In this document: in pieces, positions 1-4,978 of the stretch
Layout: every line of letters starts with the position of its first letter
Position numbering within the stretch: position 1 is the stretch's first letter
Made by a program: the position numbers and the translations under genes
The notes under the pieces: model-generated
Databases searched by the model: none
What the model saw: only the letters and a program-made list of their open reading frames with translations
What the model was told of the DNA's origin: nothing
IMG/VR virus record: IMGVR_UViG_3300030250_000049
Location: 1-5,044 of that record
Direction: 5' to 3' (one strand)
Origin: a virus
Length of the DNA stretch: 5,044 nt

Positions 1-77
1 TAAAGTTTCATAAAAAATACCTCTAAAAATTTCAAAATTTTCTGTCTACCATTTACTGACTATAATGCGCATTCTGT
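1..77. repeat. Terminal direct repeat: bases 1-77 are identical to 4968-5044. This is the circular-closure overlap of a 4967-nt circular genome.
   Basis: Direct comparison of the two ends shows an exact 77/77 match with period 4967. The repeat is direct, not inverted. ORF-A and its RBS run across the junction, so the window is a circle opened inside the ORF-A 5' region. Confidence 0.95.
38..66 (+). promoter_or_regulatory. Candidate antisense (+ strand) promoter: perfect -10 TATAAT at 61-66, AT-rich upstream region, weak -35.
   Basis: TATAAT is perfect. The best -35 is ttttct (3/6) at 17-bp spacing, with an A/T-rich UP-like tract at 25-40. It would drive a transcript of about 360 nt ending at the 415-436 terminator. 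Confidence 0.25.
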
Positions 78-99
78 TAATTTCGGCTCAACCATTCAA
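71..99 (-). promoter_or_regulatory. Candidate sigma70-like promoter for the minus-strand operon: -35 TTGAAT (99-94), 17-nt spacer, -10 CAGAAT (76-71), about 55 nt upstream of the ORF-A start (wrapped).
   Basis: Read from the minus strand: cattaaTTGAATggttgagccgaaattaaCAGAATgcg. Weak alternatives are TTGAGC (91-86) with CATTAT (67-62) at 18-nt spacing. This is the only place a promoter for the whole gene string can sit. Confidence 0.25.
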
Positions 100-214
100 T
101 TAATGCTTTAATTAACCGACGAGCAGGGGAGAGCCAAAGAATGAACAATAAACAAATAAAAGGCAACATCATTTCCATATCAAAATCATAGCATGATTTT
201 AAAACGGTGTCAAC

Positions 215-250
215 TGGCAATATTAACGACGAGAGCATACCATATTGCCA
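215..250. promoter_or_regulatory. 9-bp perfect inverted repeat (tggcaatat ... atattgcca) with an 18-nt loop in the only large intergenic region. Candidate origin / Rep-recognition or complementary-strand origin hairpin.
   Basis: Stem 215-223 pairs with 242-250; loop 224-241. It is immediately preceded on the + strand by caact (211-215), and the stem contains atattaa, loosely echoing the phiX174 origin core CAACTTGATATTAATAAC. It sits in non-coding DNA. Confidence 0.35.
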
Positions 251-260
251 CGTTGCCGAA

Positions 261-270
261 AAAAAAAACG
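261..270. repeat. A10 homopolymer (T10 on the virion/mRNA strand), flanked by gccg/cggc.
   Basis: Plain A10 run at 261-270 in the intergenic region. The flanking gccg and cggc are complementary. Confidence 0.9.
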
Positions 271-323
271 GCGCAGTTTACACACTTTCCCACAATCACC
301 ACACGTTTAATTCGTGCGCTCAT

Positions 324-339
324 GTGGAAAAGTGGAAAA
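324..339. repeat. Tandem direct repeat gtggaaaa x2 (iteron-like) in the intergenic region, followed by a polypyrimidine mirror repeat ctctctttctctc at 346-358.
   Basis: Exact 8-mer copies at 324-331 and 332-339. The CT-only mirror-symmetric tract begins a few bases downstream. Confidence 0.8.
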
Positions 340-377
340 CTGCGCCTCTCTTTCTCTCGGCACCGCTTCCGCTACGG

Positions 378-899
378 TCAGCCCTCAAGGGGCTTCGTTG
401 ACACCGTTTCACTTTCCGCCGTAGGCGGATTTTTTTCCGGGGTTTGAACAGTCGGTACATGTGGCGATTCATGTGCATCGCCCTGAAGCGTTCCACTATT
501 CAAACGTATAGATTCAAGCTCATCTTTAAGCTCATGGGCACGAGCCAACAAATCAGAACGGCTCATGAAAAGCATATCATCTTGCGGCAGCTGCTCATCA
601 GCTTTTGCAAGCTCTTCATAAATCGCTCTATACTGCGGCGAATGCTTGAAATCAAGAAGCCGCTCACCGTCTGCAATCATACGTTTAATCTGCTTGTCTA
701 ACGGTACATATCCAGCGTCATCCACTCGGCGGCGGTTATAAACCCAGTCTGATACACTGGGAGGAGCGATACATTTATCCCATGGAGAGCGAAATTTCTT
801 TTCATCTTGCACGGCAAAATCATATTCAATTTTCTTCGGCTGCTTCTTTTCAATTGTTTTTTCAAAAGCAAGTTCGGCAATGTCTTTTTCTTCATCCAT
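378..899 (-). CDS. VP3: Putative internal scaffolding protein (VP3-like), acidic, 173 aa from the ATG at 899. The ORF track starts it at 917 (179 aa).
   Basis: The ATG at 899-897 is preceded by GAGGAA with a 5-nt spacer that overlaps the VP1 stop (aTGTGAGGAAtttATG). The 917 start has no SD and would overlap VP1. The protein is highly charged and D/E-rich, its position is immediately after VP1, and its size fits VP3 of gokushoviruses. Product assignment is by position and composition, not by a motif I recognise. Confidence 0.5.
   Translation of the reverse strand: MDEEKDIAELAFEKTIEKKQPKKIEYDFAVQDEKKFRSPWDKCIAPPSVSDWVYNRRRVDDAGYVPLDKQIKRMIADGERLLDFKHSPQYRAIYEELAKADEQLPQDDMLFMSRSDLLARAHELKDELESIRLNSGTLQGDAHESPHVPTVQTPEKNPPTAESETVSTKPLEG
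415..436 (+). terminator. Intrinsic-terminator-shaped element on the + strand, antisense to all genes: GC-rich 6-bp stem tccgcc/ggcgga, 3-nt loop, then T7.
   Basis: Stem 415-420 pairs with 424-429, loop gta, and the T-run is 430-436. On the minus (coding) strand the same bases encode VP3 residues E-K-N-P-P-T-A-E and read as A7 followed by the hairpin. It therefore cannot terminate the genes' own transcripts. Confidence 0.4.
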
Positions 900-906
900 A
901 AATTCC

Positions 907-2589
907 TCACATATCATGATCCATTCGACCAGGCTCTGGGTAAGCTGTAATCGGTCTTACTGCGTCCAAAATCGTAGCGAACTGACAAATAATTCCTGGC
1001 TCTGACTGAACGGCATAAATCTTCTTTGATTCGCTAGGCTTGCATTCAATAAAATCAGCGTCCAGTTCCGGGCGGCTATCAAAATGACGGCTGAAATTCC
1101 AATATGCGTAAGTATCACGCATAGCACCACAAGCAAGACTTGTTCCGGCTCGCATTTCATTCCAACGACCTTGAAAACCCCAAATCTTGGTATCATCTTC
1201 AGTATTATCTACGTAAAGTTCACCGGCGTAAATTCCTTGCTCCGACAAATTACAAAGCTGAGGCAAATAGAAATCATAACGGCTTTTCTTAAACCACTGT
1301 CTATTTACGCCTTGAGTATAAAGCGGAGTAGGGCGGCAGAAAACAATACCAACAAGACAGCCATATTCCTCGGCAAAATACTTTCCAACATAATTCGAAG
1401 CAACTGAAATTCCATGTCCGGCTTGAGTACCCTGGGCGGAGCTATCAGTAGTCTGTGAAGTCTGCAAAACCTCATTAATTACTACTGGAACCTTTCTTGC
1501 ACCAATAAACTCCGGTCTTTGAAGTCTTGAATCCTTTGGAGAAACAGAGAAGAAAGAACGAAGATATTCAGTGTAACGGCTTCCAGTACGGTTAGCACGC
1601 TCAAGAATCTTCTGAATCTGGATGACTGTACGAAGCTCCGAAACGTCAAATGTAGTTGCGTCAGCAAGTTTAACAGATAACAAAGAAGTATCATCATCTT
1701 TAACTTTCAAATCACGAGGACTTAAAAAATAAACAGAACCGTCAGGACTACTAGCTTGCCACGCATACGAACGCTTATCACCGGAATTAGAACCAGTAGG
1801 AGAATAAGATAAATTTAAAAAATTTGTACCACTTGCCGGAAGTGGATCACCATTAGAAGAGCCAACTCGCTTATAATTAAACCAAACCGGCAACTCACCA
1901 CTAAGCGGCAAACTTGGCGCAATTCCTTTCTGCTGAGAGAGTAGAGCAGAAGTAAAATAGTCCTTTTTCCAAGCAACATTAAAAATTCCGTATTCCTCTT
2001 GGTCAACAGTAGTAGACGGAACAAGGGAATTGTCAAAATCACGCTTGGTAACCATTAATTTACGCTTACGCTGCAGATTCTCATCTCTGAACCACTCATT
2101 GTAAATGCTATGATAAGCACGGATAAAATAATCTGTACACATCTTAGCAATCGGAGAATTTGAAGTAAGACCAACAGGCAAACCGGCATAATCCATAAGA
2201 CTATACTTTTTTACAGTCTGAACATTAACGTCTGAAAAATTAGAGCCAATGCTAGGAAATGAATAGTCAAATGCAACCGGGTTTCCTTCTTCGTCCAGGT
2301 CTTCATCATCTCCGCCAGTAATTCCTCTCTCAAAATTGGGGTCAAGATTACGATAAGGCACAAAGAAATAAAAAGCCCAGAAATCCAATTTTCCCATAAC
2401 TGGACTAACAAGCGGCTTAAAACGGTTGATAACATTAAAGTAAATCTTGAAATTATCACCAGGAACCATATCACGAAATTCCACCGGAATAGCCTGGCCG
2501 ATGTCATAATCAAATGAACGCTCATCAACAAGAGTTCTTCTGGAACGCTTTGGAACTAAAGAGCGTATACTGTTAAATGGATCACTCAA
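907..2589 (-). CDS. VP1: Major capsid protein (VP1 / F-protein family), 560 aa, TTG start.
   Basis: This is the only ORF of its size in the window. The N-terminal region SFDYDIGQAIPVEFRDMVPGDNF...PLVSPVMGKLDFWAFYFFVPYR matches the conserved gokushovirus VP1 N-terminus (...SFD...PGD.F...P.MG..D.....FFVP.R). The start is the TTG at 2589-2587, preceded by GGAGGA with a 6-nt spacer (tttGGAGGAataaagTTG). The first in-frame ATG, at aa 41, would delete the conserved N-terminus. The stop TGA is at 909-907. Confidence 0.92.
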   Translation of the reverse strand: MSDPFNSIRSLVPKRSRRTLVDERSFDYDIGQAIPVEFRDMVPGDNFKIYFNVINRFKPLVSPVMGKLDFWAFYFFVPYRNLDPNFERGITGGDDEDLDEEGNPVAFDYSFPSIGSNFSDVNVQTVKKYSLMDYAGLPVGLTSNSPIAKMCTDYFIRAYHSIYNEWFRDENLQRKRKLMVTKRDFDNSLVPSTTVDQEEYGIFNVAWKKDYFTSALLSQQKGIAPSLPLSGELPVWFNYKRVGSSNGDPLPASGTNFLNLSYSPTGSNSGDKRSYAWQASSPDGSVYFLSPRDLKVKDDDTSLLSVKLADATTFDVSELRTVIQIQKILERANRTGSRYTEYLRSFFSVSPKDSRLQRPEFIGARKVPVVINEVLQTSQTTDSSAQGTQAGHGISVASNYVGKYFAEEYGCLVGIVFCRPTPLYTQGVNRQWFKKSRYDFYLPQLCNLSEQGIYAGELYVDNTEDDTKIWGFQGRWNEMRAGTSLACGAMRDTYAYWNFSRHFDSRPELDADFIECKPSESKKIYAVQSEPGIICQFATILDAVRPITAYPEPGRMDHDM

Positions 2590-3487
2590 CTTTATTCCTC
2601 CAAATAGTATTATTAAAACGGTAATTAATATTATGCTCTACCATGTTAGCCTGGTAAACATATTCCAACATATCCTCATTCACAACGGATTTAAACCGTC
2701 TTGAAATAGGGTCATAAAAACTATGAGATAAACCACGCTTGCGAGCTTCCGCAAATCTCTTGCGCCTATGCTCATGCGTCATACAAGTATAGTAATCTGT
2801 CAAAGAATCGCTAAAATGAGGCGGAAAAGCATGGCAAACCTTAAGTTTTTTCTTATAATAACGGGGTAGGGGCGCAACCTTACCACGCCACGGACAACCA
2901 TGGATTGACATAAGCCTGTCAAAATTAGCAATAAAATACTGGTAGCCTATACCCTGTGATTGCAGCTGAAAAGGCGGAATTCTTCCGGTTGTCGAATAAA
3001 CCGAATTAGGAACTTTTCCATAAAGCTTTTTCTGAATGTAACCGGCAACATAACTACACGTCTTTTGATTAACATCATCATAACTTTTTCCTTTACACCA
3101 AAAAAAATCAGCCTGATAAGTCCAGCATTTCTTGACTATCTCAACATCAGCTCTATCAATACCAAAAATAATTGCGTGATAATGAGGACGACCTTTTGTG
3201 CCATACTCACCACACGCAAAATACTTAATAAAGCGTCCATGCAAATTTTTTCGAAGCCTCTTAAAGAATTTCTGCAAGTCTGATTTAACCAAAGTAGCAT
3301 TTTCCGGCAAGAACTCCGGCGCATAAGTCAGAGTGATGAAAAGGGCTTTTCCGTGAAAACTCTCATACTCATGGAGCATACGGATTGCCCATTCTCGAAC
3401 ACGGTTTATACGGCAAGGCATACACCGACCGCAAGGAAATTCAAGACCACTTTTATCTTTATAAGGTTTCAAACAAATCATATACAA
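2582..3487 (-). CDS. VP4: Replication initiation protein (VP4; HUH rolling-circle endonuclease). 301 aa from the TTG at 3487, or 299 aa from the ATG at 3481.
   Basis: N-terminal Cys cluster PCGRCMPCR at aa 18-26. Motif I is FITLTY (aa 50-55). The HUH motif HYHAIIF is at aa 102-108 (nt 3184-3164). The double-Tyr catalytic motif SYVAGYIQKK (aa 145-154) matches the phiX174 gene A pattern YVAKYVNKK. The N-terminus MICLKPYK is typical of gokushovirus VP4. The stop TGA at 2584-2582 overlaps the VP1 start region by 8 nt. Confidence 0.92.
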   Translation of the reverse strand: MYMICLKPYKDKSGLEFPCGRCMPCRINRVREWAIRMLHEYESFHGKALFITLTYAPEFLPENATLVKSDLQKFFKRLRKNLHGRFIKYFACGEYGTKGRPHYHAIIFGIDRADVEIVKKCWTYQADFFWCKGKSYDDVNQKTCSYVAGYIQKKLYGKVPNSVYSTTGRIPPFQLQSQGIGYQYFIANFDRLMSIHGCPWRGKVAPLPRYYKKKLKVCHAFPPHFSDSLTDYYTCMTHEHRRKRFAEARKRGLSHSFYDPISRRFKSVVNEDMLEYVYQANMVEHNINYRFNNTIWRNKVE

Positions 3488-3495
3488 TCATATAC
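3476..3495. repeat. Perfect 10-bp tandem duplication (aatcatatac x2 on +; GTATATGATT x2 on the coding strand) spanning the J-like stop and the VP4 start.
   Basis: 3476-3485 equals 3486-3495. It places two ATGA motifs 10 nt apart: the first carries the J-like stop plus an out-of-frame decoy ATG (10 codons), and the second is the in-frame VP4 ATG. Confidence 0.85.
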
Positions 3496-3556
3496 GAATA
3501 CCACCACGTCCAACACGGACTGAATGAATCCGACGACCTCGGCGACGTCTACGCAT
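3488..3556 (-). CDS. 22-aa arginine-rich peptide (MRRRRRGRRIHSVRVGRGGIRI). Candidate DNA-binding/packaging protein analogous to phiX174 J or the gokushovirus ORF8/VP8.
   Basis: Perfect GGAGG at 3566-3562, a 5-nt spacer, then ATG at 3556-3554. Ten of 22 residues are Arg. The stop TGA at 3490-3488 is immediately followed by the VP4 TTG/ATG. The peptide sits between the capsid-associated genes and rep, consistent with a small basic DNA-condensing protein. Confidence 0.6.
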   Translation of the reverse strand: MRRRRRGRRIHSVRVGRGGIRI

Positions 3557-3557
3557 T

Positions 3558-3659
3558 CTAACCTCCTATAGAAGCAAACAAATCCAATAACATTTTGCCA
3601 ACAGTGACAACAATGTTAAGCACAACTGTACCAATAGTTATCTTGGTTTCCTTATTCAT
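3558..3659 (-). CDS. 33-aa single-pass transmembrane peptide (MNKETKITIGTVVLNIVVTVGKMLLDLFASIGG). It is not in the ORF track and is a candidate membrane/lysis-type protein.
   Basis: Perfect GGAGG at 3670-3666, a 6-nt spacer, then ATG at 3659-3657. That ATG overlaps the VP2 stop (ATGA). The peptide has a charged N-terminus (MNKETK) followed by about 26 hydrophobic residues. The stop TAG is at 3560-3558. It lies in an otherwise unexplained 168-nt gap between VP2 and VP4 and overlaps no other gene. Confidence 0.55.
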   Translation of the reverse strand: MNKETKITIGTVVLNIVVTVGKMLLDLFASIGG

Positions 3660-4513
3660 TTTTTACCTCCAAAACCAAATATAGATTTTCCGAGCTCACC
3701 AATAGACTCAAAAAAACCGCTAAGTCCATTCTTGACAGAATTAACAGCATTAGGAACACCAATGCCAACTGCATTATTGGCAGTCAAAAGGGGTAAACCC
3801 CATTGAGAACCATAAAGCTTAGACGGCTGAATACCGAATTTCTGATTATAAACTCTATCCCAATCAGAAAAATAAAGCTCATTATTCAAAATGTCAGTCT
3901 TATATTGCTGCGCCTTTATCTGATTCTCCTTAGTACGTTCAAGAATTTCATTACTAAAAGCTTGATTCTTATTTTTCAAATCAAGCCCATAATTCCGAAG
4001 CTTGTACCAATCGCCAGCATTCTCGCCAAATATCAGCTTATTAGCAGTATCGGCTTGGACATTCTTAGATTGATTCTGCAAATACTCAATTTCAGACTTT
4101 TGCCTATTAAGCTCACCAACTGCCTTCAAAGCGTCAAGACCGGCACCTATCATAGAACTAAGTCCATAAGTCGGCATAATCTTAGGCGAATAATCATTAT
4201 GCAAGGCTTGAGTTTCAATAGCCTGGCCGGCATTAGCGGCACTACCAGCGGCAAGGGTAGGACTAAGACCGGCAGCAACCAAATCATCTACACGTCTCCG
4301 GACTGCGTTATCCTCACGAGCAAAAATTTGTTTCTGCAAATCTTTCTGATACTGCAAGTTCTCATTCTGAAATTGCAAGTTCTGATTCGCAATATCTTTG
4401 TTCGCCTGGTTAGTCTTATCCGTATTGCGCATATTTCCTAAAGTGTCTATTAAACTAGACACTCCGGGAAGTGCGGCAGTAGCAATACTACCAATAGTTC
4501 CAAGAACAGACAT
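3656..4513 (-). CDS. VP2: Minor capsid / DNA pilot protein (VP2-like, 285 aa).
   Basis: Hydrophobic N-terminus (MSVLGTIGSIATAALPGV). A long Q/N/K-rich predicted coiled coil follows. The motif FAREDNAVRRRVDDLVAAGLSPTLA resembles the conserved (Q)R.V.D..AAGLNP block of gokushovirus VP2 proteins. The C-terminus is Gly-rich. GAGGA lies 9 nt upstream of the ATG. The stop TGA at 3658-3656 overlaps the next ATG as ATGA. Confidence 0.8.
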   Translation of the reverse strand: MSVLGTIGSIATAALPGVSSLIDTLGNMRNTDKTNQANKDIANQNLQFQNENLQYQKDLQKQIFAREDNAVRRRVDDLVAAGLSPTLAAGSAANAGQAIETQALHNDYSPKIMPTYGLSSMIGAGLDALKAVGELNRQKSEIEYLQNQSKNVQADTANKLIFGENAGDWYKLRNYGLDLKNKNQAFSNEILERTKENQIKAQQYKTDILNNELYFSDWDRVYNQKFGIQPSKLYGSQWGLPLLTANNAVGIGVPNAVNSVKNGLSGFFESIGELGKSIFGFGGKK

Positions 4514-4710
4514 TAGCCATTATCCTCATCAAAACCGAACTCTTGCTGAATTTCCTTTGAATAAGCTAATGAAACTTCTGCAACAGTCTGACGGCAAAGA
4601 AGCAATTCAGAAGCATTGTAATCATTGTGCTGCTTTTGTTCACAGTTAATCAAATAACGCTGCTGCTTATCCAACAACTGCAAAATATAAAACAAGTTCT
4701 TAGTCTTCAT
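4513..4710 (-). CDS. Hypothetical small protein ORF-B (65 aa, predicted helical, acidic C-terminus ...EFGFDEDNG). Its stop overlaps the VP2 start.
   Basis: The ATG at 4710-4708 is preceded by GGAG with a 7-nt spacer (ccGGAGttgcgtaATG). The track's TTG start at 4743 lacks an SD. The stop TAA at 4515-4513 overlaps the VP2 ATG as TAATG, which is translational coupling. Confidence 0.55.
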   Translation of the reverse strand: MKTKNLFYILQLLDKQQRYLINCEQKQHNDYNASELLLCRQTVAEVSLAYSKEIQQEFGFDEDNG

Positions 4711-4978
4711 TACGCAACTCCGGCAATAAATCAAGCATTTCAATCTCTTTTACAAGAATCCAATCAGAATGACTTTTTGAATCCTCTGGACAAACATTTC
4801 CATGTTCATATTCATAAATTGAAAATCCATCACGCAAGAAACCGGGTTTTCTTCCTTTTCCATTCTTCACATCTTCAAAGCAATCTTTAAAAGAACGCTC
4901 CAAAGTCGCTTCATTCTGCATAAAAAAACAACTTACATCTTCATTTGCAATTTGGTCATGTACTACATAAAGTTTCAT
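4700..4978 (-). CDS. Hypothetical small acidic protein ORF-A (92 aa from the ATG at 4978; the ORF track extends it to a TTG at 5002). First gene downstream of the intergenic region.
   Basis: The minus-strand ATG at 4978-4976 is preceded by GAGG with an 8-nt spacer (gaGAGGtattttttATG). The TTG at 5002 has no SD. The ORF is 93 codons with the acidic tail ...EIEMLDLLPELRNED. Its stop TAA at 4702-4700 lies 11 nt inside ORF-B. I recognise no family. Confidence 0.6.
   Translation of the reverse strand: MKLYVVHDQIANEDVSCFFMQNEATLERSFKDCFEDVKNGKGRKPGFLRDGFSIYEYEHGNVCPEDSKSHSDWILVKEIEMLDLLPELRNED

Noticed and set aside
193-447. Plus-strand ORFs 193..447 (84 aa) and 207..401 in the intergenic region as protein-coding genes
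   Set aside because: No SD. They are opposite in orientation to every other gene. The terminator-like hairpin lies inside the 3' end of the 84-aa ORF, upstream of its stop. This is more consistent with a non-coding antisense RNA or a purely structural DNA element. It is kept only as part of the antisense-transcript finding.
698-917. 70-aa minus-strand ORF 698..910 in an alternate frame of VP3, and the track's 917 start for VP3
   Set aside because: The alt-frame ORF has no RBS and a basic, low-complexity product. The 917 ATG lacks an SD and would overlap the last VP1 codons, whereas the ATG at 899 has GAGGAA at 5-nt spacing.
957-2531. Hydrophobic, Leu-rich minus-strand ORFs embedded in an alternative frame of VP1 (957..1196, 1482..1697, 1815..2042, 2211..2531). 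A similar ORF, 3136..3324, lies inside VP4. Considered as phiX174 E-like overprinted lysis genes.
   Set aside because: Four such ORFs in the same shifted frame across VP1 indicate a codon-composition artefact rather than selection. None has a usable SD (1196 has only GAAG abutting the ATG). The non-overlapping 33-aa TM peptide with a perfect RBS is a far better lysis candidate. An overprinted gene cannot be fully excluded without comparative conservation analysis.
444-4890. Plus-strand ORFs from the track (444..701, 1084..1407, 2960..3283, 3803..4441, 4398..4649, 4627..4890), all antisense to VP3, VP1, VP4, VP2 and ORF-A/B
   Set aside because: All lie opposite well-supported conserved genes. 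None has an SD-like sequence at sensible spacing. Their products are low-complexity, I/L/K-rich read-throughs of the AT-rich antisense strand. Microviruses express a single strand.
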